Below, piece after piece: positions 19,272 through 29,421 of a DNA stretch of 64,000 bases; within the stretch, counting starts at the first letter, position 1; every line of letters starts with the position of its first letter. The stretch comes from an uncultured virus (IMG/VR IMGVR_UViG_3300008339_000034). Taxonomy: Duplodnaviria; Heunggongvirae; Uroviricota; Caudoviricetes. Both the position numbers and the translations under genes were made by a program. Location: the IMG/VR virus record IMGVR_UViG_3300008339_000034. One strand, written 5' to 3'. The notes under the pieces are model-generated. The model searched no databases and was not told the origin of the DNA. It worked only from the letters and a program-made list of their open reading frames with translations.

Positions 19272-20918
19272 TTACCACTTTACTTTATTAGCCCAGTATG
19301 CAGCTGAAGATTTTCCTTTAGCTATATTCTTTGCGTGACGTGCTTTGAATGCTTTGTTTCTTGCAGAACCTTCAGGAGAGCCTGATACACCTGCTTGACC
19401 AAAGCGAATTAACTTATAGTTTCCTCCAACTTTAGTAACTACTGCATGACTTTTACCACCACTAGTAGTTCTTTTTGGTTGATCCACTCCAGAAAATCCC
19501 ATCTTCTTGTAACGGTCTGGGAACTGACCTCCCTTCTTCATGTAGTACATATCTTTAATAGTACCTCCATTCTTATGTGCTAGAAGAGGAGAAAGTAACA
19601 TGTGTTGTCCTGCATGCTCAAGTTGATGTCCTACTCCATGTTTAGTAGCAGAACCAATAGCGTTACTTGCAGCACTTCCTACTCTGGTTTTACCAATAGC
19701 ATTAGCTGTTCTACCTAGAGCATTTTTAGATACATTTCCTGCTTTACCTTTTAAAGCGGCAAGTGCTGCTGTTTTAGCAGCAACGCCAGTAGCTTCTTCA
19801 TAGTTACCTGCAGACAATTCTCCAATTGCATCTGTTGTACCTGATAACAAGTTAGCTCCAATACTTAAAGGATTTACTAAATCTACGGCTGCTCCAACAG
19901 GAGATTGCATTGCTGCTTGTGCAGCTTGTTTAGTTTGTAGAATATTACTTGCTGCATTACCAGCACCAACTGCAGCAGCACCTTTTGCTGTAATATCAAA
20001 CAAATCGGTTACTACATTTCTATCGCTACTTGCATTTAAGTAAGTACCAAAACCTTCCATGTAGTCACCAATGTTTTGCATTGATACATCACCTGACTTA
20101 ATTTTATTAAATGCAGTTCTACTTTTCTCGGCACTAGTAGGTGCGTTAGATTTTATACGTGCTTGTTCGTCTGCTCTAACTTGACCGATTACTTCATCCA
20201 TTACTTGCTGAGAATCTGTCTTAGGAGCTGGACTACCTATACCTACTGCTCTTCCTGCTTTTCTTATGTTGCCTTTCATTCTATCAAAGAAAGAACGTTT
20301 TCTTCTGATGTCTACGGCTTCCATTCTTTCTATATCAGTAGGAACCTCCTCTTTGGGTGCCATAGCATATGCAGAGGCTTTAGAGAAATTAAATCCTGCT
20401 GTACCTGCATTCATGTTAGGAACTCCCATTAAGTTCATAGCACCGTTCTGCATTTTGTATCCATATCTAGATGCAGTTTCTTTAGCTTGACTTACGTTAC
20501 CTTTAGCAGCAGCCATAAAACGAGCACGTGCAATGTCGGCTGGCATCTTACCACCAGACTGCATCTTGTTCATCATAGCTTCTTGAAGTACTGATTGTCC
20601 TGCTGATGTTTGAGGCATTACTGCTCCCATCTGCATCATAGGTTTTTGCATTTGATTACCCATGATATCTACAACAGCAGAACCTGTCATTCCACCTTCT
20701 TGCATGTTGGCTTTGATTTTAGCTTGAACATATCCTGGCAATGCTTTGAAGCCTGGGTTGTTAACACCACCTTCTTCCATTTTAGATTTAATCTTACGTT
20801 CTTGCTTAAGCATTTCTGCGGTAGGTTTCTTACCACTACCTCTATTCGCTCTAATGTTATCCCACAATCCTCGTTGAGAGTAGGAACCGTCAGCCCGTTT
20901 TATCATTTGCTTTTTCAT
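19272..20918 (-). CDS. Modular basic virion/cargo protein with repeated MxxGG/KxGG motifs, 548 aa
   Basis: N-terminal GLWDNIRANR module, C-terminal KLIRFGQ...FKARH...SAAYWANKVKW module, and KMEEGG, NMQEGG, KMQSGG, HKNGG, MKKGG motifs. Confidence 0.65.
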   Translation of the reverse strand: MKKQMIKRADGSYSQRGLWDNIRANRGSGKKPTAEMLKQERKIKSKMEEGGVNNPGFKALPGYVQAKIKANMQEGGMTGSAVVDIMGNQMQKPMMQMGAVMPQTSAGQSVLQEAMMNKMQSGGKMPADIARARFMAAAKGNVSQAKETASRYGYKMQNGAMNLMGVPNMNAGTAGFNFSKASAYAMAPKEEVPTDIERMEAVDIRRKRSFFDRMKGNIRKAGRAVGIGSPAPKTDSQQVMDEVIGQVRADEQARIKSNAPTSAEKSRTAFNKIKSGDVSMQNIGDYMEGFGTYLNASSDRNVVTDLFDITAKGAAAVGAGNAASNILQTKQAAQAAMQSPVGAAVDLVNPLSIGANLLSGTTDAIGELSAGNYEEATGVAAKTAALAALKGKAGNVSKNALGRTANAIGKTRVGSAASNAIGSATKHGVGHQLEHAGQHMLLSPLLAHKNGGTIKDMYYMKKGGQFPDRYKKMGFSGVDQPKRTTSGGKSHAVVTKVGGNYKLIRFGQAGVSGSPEGSARNKAFKARHAKNIAKGKSSAAYWANKVKW

Positions 20919-22369
20919 TTTTTCTTATTCTTGTAGGCACTCTTTAAACTTGTTGGGCTACTGTTAGCTACAATAACACCATTTACTCCTGGTATAGACA
21001 TGCCACCCATCTGCATGAGTTTAGCAGCCTTCATAAAATTGTCAAGATTGTATTCAACTTCTTCTTCGTCAAAGTCTTCTACCATCTTCTTGGCAATTTG
21101 TTTTCTATTCTTTTTATCTTTAACTCTTCTTAAGATATCTGCAATACCTTCTACCATCTCCTTGTCGTTCTCACGTTCGTCTTCCTCATCTTCAACTTCG
21201 CCTCCTTCTTCAAAAAACTTATTATAAGTTAGACCTACATTAAAGTTTCCAGGTTCATTTCCAGACTGTCTATATCCTGCTCTTACATTTAGATTCTTAG
21301 CAAGTTTTGCTCTTGCTTCTGCAGTCATAGATTCCATACCTTTTGCTTGGCTTCCTGCAACACTTCCACTAAGAGTTAATCTGTCTTTAAGTAAAGCTAA
21401 CTCAGCATCTCCGTTATAAGTATAGCCTGTTTCTGGATTATAACTTCCACTTAAGTTATAGTTTAAAGGCCCTACATCTCCTCTGATACCTGCTCTCACA
21501 TTGTATTGAGGATTCGTCTGCATATCCTTATAGTTAAGAGTCTTACCTGTTGGGTCTTTAGTTACTCCAAGATCTGAGATACTACCCTCGCCATATAAGT
21601 TAAGTGCTTCAGGAAGAACGTTAACGTCAAAAGCTAAGTTAGAGATAACTTCTTCGTCAGACATTTCTCTCTTATATTTAAGATTGCCTGCCTTACCTCT
21701 AAGTCTTACCTCCTGTTTCTCAGGAGTTAACCTTACAGAGCCTTTTGGAAAAGATTGACTGTAAGACAAACCGCCATATAAACTATCTAAAGTATTTTGT
21801 CCAAAAGGATTATAGTTACCTTCTGTAGTAATTTGACCTGTGTTTTTTGGTAATCCATAGTTAACAGAATAGTCTATTCCACTTTTGAATGCATCACTTA
21901 CTCTGCTTGATATATCTCCAGGCATACCCATCATATCTTCTTGACTCATGTTATTAAGTCTACGGGCATAATTAGTAGCGCCAGAAGAAAGACCTAACCA
22001 CTCAGGAGTTGCTATGTTGCTAGGATTTGAACTTCTCACGTATGCATTGAATCTTGCTTGTTGCTCAGGAGTCATATCCTTAGAAGCAACCTTTGCACCC
22101 ATCTGCATTTTCTTTTCTAGTACTGCATTGTCTTTAGGAAACAAGTAGTCCTTACCTGGCTCCATTACTTGTGTGTCTCCAGACAAAAGTCCAATACCTA
22201 GAATTGGGGAATCAAAGTAATCTTTTTCTCCATCTGGACCCTTCATAGTAATCTCGTTTGAAGGAACTACAACGTCCCCGTCTTGATACCACATACCAGT
22301 CTTACGTACTGGTAGTTTACCACCAGCAGCATACTTCTTTTTGTAGTGTTCAAATAGAGAAGACTTCAT
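20915..22369 (-). CDS. Putative cargo protein with an internal amphipathic beta-strand (barrel-like) domain, 484 aa
   Basis: Alternating-hydrophobicity strands (YNVRAGIRG, LNYNLSGSYN, LTLSGSVAG, LNVRAGYRQ, FNVGLTYNKF) between YAAGG/MQMGA and FEEGG/MQMGG motifs. Confidence 0.6.
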   Translation of the reverse strand: MKSSLFEHYKKKYAAGGKLPVRKTGMWYQDGDVVVPSNEITMKGPDGEKDYFDSPILGIGLLSGDTQVMEPGKDYLFPKDNAVLEKKMQMGAKVASKDMTPEQQARFNAYVRSSNPSNIATPEWLGLSSGATNYARRLNNMSQEDMMGMPGDISSRVSDAFKSGIDYSVNYGLPKNTGQITTEGNYNPFGQNTLDSLYGGLSYSQSFPKGSVRLTPEKQEVRLRGKAGNLKYKREMSDEEVISNLAFDVNVLPEALNLYGEGSISDLGVTKDPTGKTLNYKDMQTNPQYNVRAGIRGDVGPLNYNLSGSYNPETGYTYNGDAELALLKDRLTLSGSVAGSQAKGMESMTAEARAKLAKNLNVRAGYRQSGNEPGNFNVGLTYNKFFEEGGEVEDEEDERENDKEMVEGIADILRRVKDKKNRKQIAKKMVEDFDEEEVEYNLDNFMKAAKLMQMGGMSIPGVNGVIVANSSPTSLKSAYKNKKK

Positions 22370-22608
22370 TACTTTTTCATTTTAGATAAAGTTTTCGCTA
22401 GGTTAGCTCTTTTCACTGTAGTTGATGAAAACTTTCCTTTGTTAGCTAATACTTTTTCTCTGAATGCACTAGTAGACATACCTGCACGCTTCGCTTGTGC
22501 TGTAAATGATCCTGGCTTTTGAATAGCTTTTTGAATCCACTTACCACCTTTTTTCATCTCCATGCCTTTCTTGGCATAGTACATATCTTTTAAACTAGAG
22601 TTACCCAT
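22369..22608 (-). CDS. Small basic protein, 79 aa
   Basis: MKKGG motif followed by KWIQKAIQKPGSFTAQAK...KRANLAKTL; 1-nt overlap with the next gene. Confidence 0.7.
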   Translation of the reverse strand: MGNSSLKDMYYAKKGMEMKKGGKWIQKAIQKPGSFTAQAKRAGMSTSAFREKVLANKGKFSSTTVKRANLAKTLSKMKK

Positions 22609-22616
22609 ATTAATAA

Positions 22617-22994
22617 TTAAGTTAAGCTAAGCAAATATAATGTCTTATTAATCAAAGCGATTATTTCATCTAAAATATTCTGTACATCTGTCCTGTCCAT
22701 ACCTAGAACTCCGCGATGTTTCTTGACATATTCTTTAAACTGTTTTAGATGTGTTTCTGCATTTATGTAATCAGATGCAGGAATCTTAATATTGACTCTT
22801 TTTCCGATACAGCCAAAGTAAGACTCAATCATGCTATCTAGAAGACCAAGTAGGCCATCATAGTATTTGTTTAAAGCTTCATGCTCTGAGTATGAAGTTG
22901 TTTGGAGATGTGCAAGGTGTATGATATCTCTCGATTGGAAAAATTGCCCTAAGTACACTTCAGGTCTCATAGAGCTAATTACTTCTGGTGTCAT
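22617..22994 (-). CDS. Ferritin/Dps-like four-helix protein (DUF5856-like), 125 aa
   Basis: HLAHLQTTSYSEHEALNKYYD...ESYFG...QNILDEI...KTLYLL pattern. Confidence 0.7.
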   Translation of the reverse strand: MTPEVISSMRPEVYLGQFFQSRDIIHLAHLQTTSYSEHEALNKYYDGLLGLLDSMIESYFGCIGKRVNIKIPASDYINAETHLKQFKEYVKKHRGVLGMDRTDVQNILDEIIALINKTLYLLSLT

Positions 22995-25900
22995 ATTGCT
23001 GAGTTAGTGGTTTGTGTTAGTTGTAGGTTGTTGATGAATTTGTATCTGTTAAATTTATCTTGAATAAGACGAACCTTACAGAATGGTGCACGAATCTTTT
23101 GCTTTCCTCCTAGTCTAGTAGTTGTGATAATTGCTTTTGGATTTACTACTTTATCGATTGGATAGTCAGCGCTTAGATCGTCCCACTTAGTACTGAATAG
23201 TGTTTGGAAGTTTTCTTTGTTATTAGTAGCGTCCCAGAATCCGTTAAAGGTATTCTTATTGTCTCTCTTGCCTACTAATACTTCCATACCAAATCTAGTT
23301 ACTCTAGGATACAACAAACGTTGGCGAGCGTCATTAGGAAGTTGAGGTATTAGATTAACCAATCCTGATGTTTGCTCTTTGTTATAAACAATAGCCTTAG
23401 TAAAGTTTGGAGTATTCTTATCGTTGTAAGAACCCAAAGAGTAATAGTCGTTTCTATTGTAGTACTTATGAATATCTTGATTGTAAGTAATTGAATTAAC
23501 TACGTGTGTGTTAGGTAGATTATTTACAGTATATTCAATAATGTAAGGATAGAAACGATTGTAATAAGTTTGGTAAGTGAGTGGAGACAAGTTGTGGTTC
23601 CATGTTCCAGTCTGTGTTGTTGTTTGGAAATGGTCTATAAAAGATATGTAAGCGTTTGGCAAGAAAGAGTGGAATGAAATCCATGCTTTAAGAAGAACGC
23701 TATAAGAGATTGTAAATGAATGATTCTCAAAGTAAGTCAAATCTGCAAATGCAATCTCAGTATCATTGTAATAGAACTTCTTGTTCTCGTAAGTAACAAA
23801 ACCTCTGTATTGTTCTTTAACTCTGAAGTCCAGTTTAGTTAAGAACACACGGTGGAAACGTTCATCCCATCCCAATGCAATACCAATACCTTTGAAGTTA
23901 TTGTCTACAGGGAAGTCAGGGAAGTCCTTAAGAATCTTAAATGGTAGATTTTCTTTAAACCATTGCATAGAACCTCTTAAAGAAATTTCATCTACACCTC
24001 CACTAGTTACTTGGTATACGTGACCTCTACGTGCGTCTACCCAGAACCCACCATGAGTTGTTTTAATAAACGCTTTGTGTTGGCTTCCCAAGTATCCAAT
24101 GTCTGCAGTAGACATTTCCAAAGGCTTGCTTTTAAACATACTGGCATCACCAATCTCCATTGCAATAGGATTAGTGCTGTCGAGTGTAATGATAGCGTTG
24201 TATACTTTAGTGTTATTCTCAAAACGAGCATACACTTTGCTATTCTCCACACCATTCAAAGCAATTAACTTACCATGAGTTTTAGGAAAGTCATAGTAGT
24301 TACCTCTTCTGTAGTTTAACCAAGGATCTCCTTTGCCGTATTTACCTGCTGGATCTGAGTATACTACTCGGTTATACAAATCAGTTTCGCAATACAACTC
24401 TGGCCAATCTTCATTATATACAAAGTTTGGATTGATTACGTTCTGAGCAGAATAAGTAGGATTGTAGTGGTAAAAGTTATCGTACTTAATTGGTACGTTT
24501 ACTTCTTGTAACCACTGGTCAGGAATCTCTCCTAGTTCTTTTGCTCCGTAGAAGTTTTCCTCACGGTCATTTCTGCCATGACGGAAATCTACGTTTACAT
24601 CAGACTCAACAAAAAAGATAGGAAGTCCATAAGAAAACAGATACACCATTCCCTTGTAGTAGAAATATGTTCCCCCTACACCTACTCCTAACCAAGTATT
24701 GTCAAACGTCTCATCCTTATCTAGGAATATGTAAGGTTTAGTAGACGCTAACAAATCATTGACTATATCAAGCACAAGAATTTTTCCTGCAGTTGTAGCT
24801 AAAGCAGTAGTTGTTTCTCCAAATGCAATACCATCACCAAATGCAGAATTAAGAAGAGCTGCAGCTGCAACAATTGCTATAGCAGCAACCATAAGATCAA
24901 TCCTACTTTGTAAAACTGCTTCTACGTCTTGAGCTGCAGCATTGAATCCATAGAAATGACTTGGATATCCTAAGTTGGGGAATAGGTAATAGTTAAATGG
25001 AATGTCGTCTGGCTTACCTGCAAGATTCTGACGGAAGAAAGCATGCTTACGTTTGAGGGCAAATGCGTTAATAAACGTGTCACCACCAAATGCAGGGTAG
25101 TAAGTTTGTACTACTTGACCTAAACCATTATTCGGATTTATTTCAATATCAACAGAGTACCCTGTAGATAGGTAACGCAAATTAGTTAGTGGTCCATATT
25201 GGTTTGGACGATAAACTTTTACTGAACCGTAGTATGCTCTAGTAGTTCTACTATCATCTATATCAGTTGGATTAGACTTGTTGTGTTCAGATGCTAGGTA
25301 TCTAGAGTTGTCTAAAAGAGTAGGGTGGTGATGATCGAAAGAACTATTCAGTGAAAGATATACACTTGACTCTCTGTATCTGTTGTGGAATGGTTTTTCT
25401 CCTTGCCCAAAGTTTAGGATTTCACTAGGAGCGTAATTACCAAATTTAACAGACCTACGTTTATGTCCTGAGTTTGGAATAGTTAAGTATCCGTTATACT
25501 TAGCGACACCATTATACTGCCAAGCAAGGTTTACTTTAGGAGTAAATCTTTCTATCAACTGAGCAAACATTTCCTTGTCTTGGAAGTAGTTCTCAGTCAT
25601 GATACGATAGTCTTTGATGTTGAGTATCATAGACAGTAGATTAGATATAGTCTGTACTTTATCCGTGTACAACTTAATCTTACTATGTTCTTCTACTTCT
25701 ACAAAGTGTCCCAATACAGAACCAATCTCAAGTGTCTCTAACTTAAGTTCTGAACCGATTTTAGGATATGAGAAGTGTGTGTCAGGAGAATGGAATGTAA
25801 ATCTATTATGCTTGTAGTTAATAATGTTGTTGTCTACAAAACCATTGTGTGCAAACTCTCCTAGGTCTCCGCTAAAAGCACGTCTTCTATCTTGACGTTT

Positions 25901-28588
25901 GTACCAATCTGCAGATGTTCTCAAGTAAGGATCTGTTACAGAACTACTTCCTCTCCAGTTAATATCGTTGAAAGGATAGTTAGGATAGTAGTATTCTTTA
26001 CTACCGTCATCTGTGGTATAGTGTCCTACGTCATAAAGAAGTCCTTTTGCTACTACAGATTTATGTCCTACACGAGAAGCAAACACTAACTCAAATCCGC
26101 AGATAAGGTCTTTGGCATAGAAAGGGTTAGCAGGATCTCCAGGATTAGCAATAGTTAAAGTGTTGAGTAGATTGTTGAATGCATCTGCGTCTACTCTTAC
26201 TCCTATAGGATAGATATTAGATTGGTTATCAAAAGCAGGAAAAACATTACCCGTACTAAATAAACCATCATGAATGTGAGATATCAAAGAATCAGGAAAC
26301 TTGTGAAAACGAATCGGTTGTCCTGCCAAAGGATTACCATAAGCATCAGTATCCCAAATCTCTTCATTACATGGATAGAGTTCTTTTGATTCCCAATAAG
26401 CAAACTCTCCACGTTTGTCGTTAAAAATTGCACAAGAGAATTGTTTCTCTAGTTCAGTAGGATTGTTTGATACAAATACCTGACCGTTACCTGCTGTGTT
26501 GTATACTTCCCACTTTTCTTTAGGTGCTGCTACATCAGAACAGTCTCCTTCTTCTATAAAGTAATCGGTACTAGAAGTAGGAACCGAAGTGGTATCTCCA
26601 AGTGCAGCGTTCTTTGCTCTGCCAGGAATATGGAATACTTCAGTATACTTACCTGTCTTTAGTTTAAACTTAATACCGAAAGCATATACCTCGTCCCTTT
26701 GATAAGTACGGAACATGTGTACTATCTCAGGATTAGAGTAGTCCCACTTGTCTCCGTGGGGCATCTTTACTGTTTCCCACTGCAATTTAAGTTTGTTTGC
26801 AAAAGGCTGGAAGTTATACTGATACTCTCTTTCCAAATCTGCAATCATCAAGATATCATTCTGATTCTCAATGATACCTGCATTCTTATAGTGCGGAGTT
26901 CTAATCAAAGGAGAAATAGAACTAAAGGTAGATTTGTATTCTCCTGTGTAAACAATAGAATCCATCAAGTACTGTTTTTGTACTCTATAGTTGCCAATCA
27001 AATGATAGTTTGTAGTGGCCCCTTGGATTGTCTCCGCTACTACTAAATTAAAATAGTCAAAGATATTAACCTTATGGTCTATCTGAACTGTAATAGAATA
27101 GTTAGTAACGTAGTCAGTAAGGTTGGTAAGTTTCTTTTCAAAAATTGGAATAGGCTGACTAAAGTCAAAGTAATCAGTTAACTCAGCCCCTTCTTCATCT
27201 GTATATGCAATAGCAAACTGATAGTTACCTGCTTTAAGTTGACCTCCATTAGAAACATTGGTTGGAGTTACTTTAGGATGGCAGGTATCAGGAAAAATAT
27301 TTAACTCTTTACAAGTCTTCTTTGTTACAAGTTTCTTGCCTCCACAATCTTGTGACTCACCACAGGAATCTCTATTTAGAGGAAACTCCAATGATAAGTA
27401 TCTAGGAGGATTATTCTTCTGTACAAAGTATACTCTAGTTTCACACTGATCTACTCTATAAGTCGCATAAATAGGATAGTCAATATCGAAGTTCAAACAG
27501 CAATTCTCAGGAGAAGGATTCAAACAAGGATTGCAGTTTCCTGTAGAGTAAACTTGTTCTACTGCAACTACTACATCAACACCAGGTTTTCCTCTTTGGA
27601 TTACTCTCCAAGAGTCCTTAATCATGTTAAATGAACCGTACCCTTCAAATGTATTTTCAGGTACTTCTATGCCTCTAACTATACCATTACAGTCTGTATA
27701 TTCAATTACTACTTGACCTGTAGATCCTCCAGAAGGTATTGATGGATTTACTGTTTGCAAGGTAACAGTATAACAATCTTGACAACAATCTTGACAACAC
27801 TCATCAATTAACACAGGTTCGTAATCGCAACAAGTCTTTTCTACAACTGTAGCTTCACAGGGAAATGTATCATACAACAACGGTTGAGGATGCTGCATTG
27901 GGGTCACATTACTTGAAGTGCCTAGTTCATTAATGTAGTCTATAGTTGCTACAGAATCATAGCATATCATAGATACTACTTTAGACAAATAAGTAGGACT
28001 CATGTTGGCATCAAAACTGGTATAACCTAAGTCGGCATACCACTCTTGTGTTGTTTTAAATACGAGGCTACTTGTATTGCCACTTACTCTATTTCCATTA
28101 CAGTCTACATAGTGAAATGCATAGTTATTTACGTAGTTACCAGAACCATCATCTATAGTCTCGTTAATAATACCATAGAAACAAGTAGTTGAGTTTGCTG
28201 TAACTGTAGTTGTTGCTTTGACAACTGTGTCTTTAATTACTTTACCGCCTACACAACCACAGTCAGTTTCTATTGAATCTAACTCAACACAATCTAAACC
28301 GTTATTTGTAATTACTCCTATCTCTCCTTTTCCATCTGGACCTACTAAGAACACAACTACTTTATTCTGTTCTATTATATTTAGTAGGCCGTTAATTTTG
28401 TATCCGTTCTTAAACGAGCTAAAATCCACACAAACTTGGTTGGACATCTCGTTTGTATAGGTAAATGTATTACCATCATGGGACATGATATTTGCGTTCA
28501 ATGCCCATGTCAACTGGCTACCTTCTACTTGCCAGTTTAAAGAGTCTAGGTTAAGACCTTTGGTATTTTGATTACCTTTAATTTCCAT
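22991..28588 (-). CDS. Tail stabilisation/muzzle protein (P22 gp10-like) with Cys-rich insertion, 1865 aa
   Basis: Size, position after tail tubular and IHF genes, GNYQFAIAY, YQRDEVYAFGI, FGGDTFI and WISFHSFLP motifs typical of crAss-like stabilisation proteins. Confidence 0.8.
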   Translation of the reverse strand: MEIKGNQNTKGLNLDSLNWQVEGSQLTWALNANIMSHDGNTFTYTNEMSNQVCVDFSSFKNGYKINGLLNIIEQNKVVVFLVGPDGKGEIGVITNNGLDCVELDSIETDCGCVGGKVIKDTVVKATTTVTANSTTCFYGIINETIDDGSGNYVNNYAFHYVDCNGNRVSGNTSSLVFKTTQEWYADLGYTSFDANMSPTYLSKVVSMICYDSVATIDYINELGTSSNVTPMQHPQPLLYDTFPCEATVVEKTCCDYEPVLIDECCQDCCQDCYTVTLQTVNPSIPSGGSTGQVVIEYTDCNGIVRGIEVPENTFEGYGSFNMIKDSWRVIQRGKPGVDVVVAVEQVYSTGNCNPCLNPSPENCCLNFDIDYPIYATYRVDQCETRVYFVQKNNPPRYLSLEFPLNRDSCGESQDCGGKKLVTKKTCKELNIFPDTCHPKVTPTNVSNGGQLKAGNYQFAIAYTDEEGAELTDYFDFSQPIPIFEKKLTNLTDYVTNYSITVQIDHKVNIFDYFNLVVAETIQGATTNYHLIGNYRVQKQYLMDSIVYTGEYKSTFSSISPLIRTPHYKNAGIIENQNDILMIADLEREYQYNFQPFANKLKLQWETVKMPHGDKWDYSNPEIVHMFRTYQRDEVYAFGIKFKLKTGKYTEVFHIPGRAKNAALGDTTSVPTSSTDYFIEEGDCSDVAAPKEKWEVYNTAGNGQVFVSNNPTELEKQFSCAIFNDKRGEFAYWESKELYPCNEEIWDTDAYGNPLAGQPIRFHKFPDSLISHIHDGLFSTGNVFPAFDNQSNIYPIGVRVDADAFNNLLNTLTIANPGDPANPFYAKDLICGFELVFASRVGHKSVVAKGLLYDVGHYTTDDGSKEYYYPNYPFNDINWRGSSSVTDPYLRTSADWYKRQDRRRAFSGDLGEFAHNGFVDNNIINYKHNRFTFHSPDTHFSYPKIGSELKLETLEIGSVLGHFVEVEEHSKIKLYTDKVQTISNLLSMILNIKDYRIMTENYFQDKEMFAQLIERFTPKVNLAWQYNGVAKYNGYLTIPNSGHKRRSVKFGNYAPSEILNFGQGEKPFHNRYRESSVYLSLNSSFDHHHPTLLDNSRYLASEHNKSNPTDIDDSRTTRAYYGSVKVYRPNQYGPLTNLRYLSTGYSVDIEINPNNGLGQVVQTYYPAFGGDTFINAFALKRKHAFFRQNLAGKPDDIPFNYYLFPNLGYPSHFYGFNAAAQDVEAVLQSRIDLMVAAIAIVAAAALLNSAFGDGIAFGETTTALATTAGKILVLDIVNDLLASTKPYIFLDKDETFDNTWLGVGVGGTYFYYKGMVYLFSYGLPIFFVESDVNVDFRHGRNDREENFYGAKELGEIPDQWLQEVNVPIKYDNFYHYNPTYSAQNVINPNFVYNEDWPELYCETDLYNRVVYSDPAGKYGKGDPWLNYRRGNYYDFPKTHGKLIALNGVENSKVYARFENNTKVYNAIITLDSTNPIAMEIGDASMFKSKPLEMSTADIGYLGSQHKAFIKTTHGGFWVDARRGHVYQVTSGGVDEISLRGSMQWFKENLPFKILKDFPDFPVDNNFKGIGIALGWDERFHRVFLTKLDFRVKEQYRGFVTYENKKFYYNDTEIAFADLTYFENHSFTISYSVLLKAWISFHSFLPNAYISFIDHFQTTTQTGTWNHNLSPLTYQTYYNRFYPYIIEYTVNNLPNTHVVNSITYNQDIHKYYNRNDYYSLGSYNDKNTPNFTKAIVYNKEQTSGLVNLIPQLPNDARQRLLYPRVTRFGMEVLVGKRDNKNTFNGFWDATNNKENFQTLFSTKWDDLSADYPIDKVVNPKAIITTTRLGGKQKIRAPFCKVRLIQDKFNRYKFINNLQLTQTTNSAI

Positions 28589-29421
28589 TATCTAATGTGG
28601 AATTTACTAAAACGATTACGAGTACGTACAATTGAGTCTGCTATCTGTTGCTTAGATTTAGTCATTAGATAGTTAAATGCAGCTTGAAGTTTCTCTAACT
28701 GCTCTCTTTTGTAGTAGGTTAATTTATCAGTTACTTGTTTTGTGGACTCATCCATTACTGAATGCCACATTTGTTCAAAGAATTTATACTTTAAGTAAGC
28801 TTTAATATACTCTTCTACTTCCAAAATTTCTGGAATCATTGGAATACCGTAGTCATCTACAGGTCTTGAAAAGTATTTAAGATATACACAACCCTCTTGG
28901 AAGGTGGCACTTGCTTTCTTATGTTGATTAATTTTAATGATATCAGTACTAGATGCTTTTAAGTTAGGACATCCATCCACACACAAAGAAGTAGAGTCAG
29001 CATAAACTCTAACCCATCTAGGTTGTTTAAGAGAGATTCTAAAGCCAGGCATGGGTACTGTAATTGCTTCGTACATTTCTATGCTAGTAGCATCAGTAAC
29101 ACAGCCATCAGCTTGTATACTTTTATACCAAGAACCTGTCAGAGAGTTCACTGCATTGTCCCAGTAAACATCTGATGAATACGAAAGAGCATAGTCTAAT
29201 AAATAAAAATCATAAGGCAACTCTGACTTATAATCCTCAAAACGAATAACTGCCTCTTCAGGCTTAAGAGCAAGTACCTTAAGTTTTCTCAGGGCTTGAT
29301 CTATAAACGAAGGTATTAAAACCTCACTTACAGCACCAGCTTCAAAGTAAGTCTTTAACTCTTGCTTAACTTCAGCAATCAAAGGCTCAGAGGTTATATA
29401 GTTAATGTTATCGTATTTCAT
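28588..29421 (-). CDS. Tail tubular/ring protein (P22 gp4-like), 277 aa
   Basis: ELPYDF, FQEGCVYLKY, PVDDYGIPMIP motifs; synteny with muzzle gene. Confidence 0.72.
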   Translation of the reverse strand: MKYDNINYITSEPLIAEVKQELKTYFEAGAVSEVLIPSFIDQALRKLKVLALKPEEAVIRFEDYKSELPYDFYLLDYALSYSSDVYWDNAVNSLTGSWYKSIQADGCVTDATSIEMYEAITVPMPGFRISLKQPRWVRVYADSTSLCVDGCPNLKASSTDIIKINQHKKASATFQEGCVYLKYFSRPVDDYGIPMIPEILEVEEYIKAYLKYKFFEQMWHSVMDESTKQVTDKLTYYKREQLEKLQAAFNYLMTKSKQQIADSIVRTRNRFSKFHIR

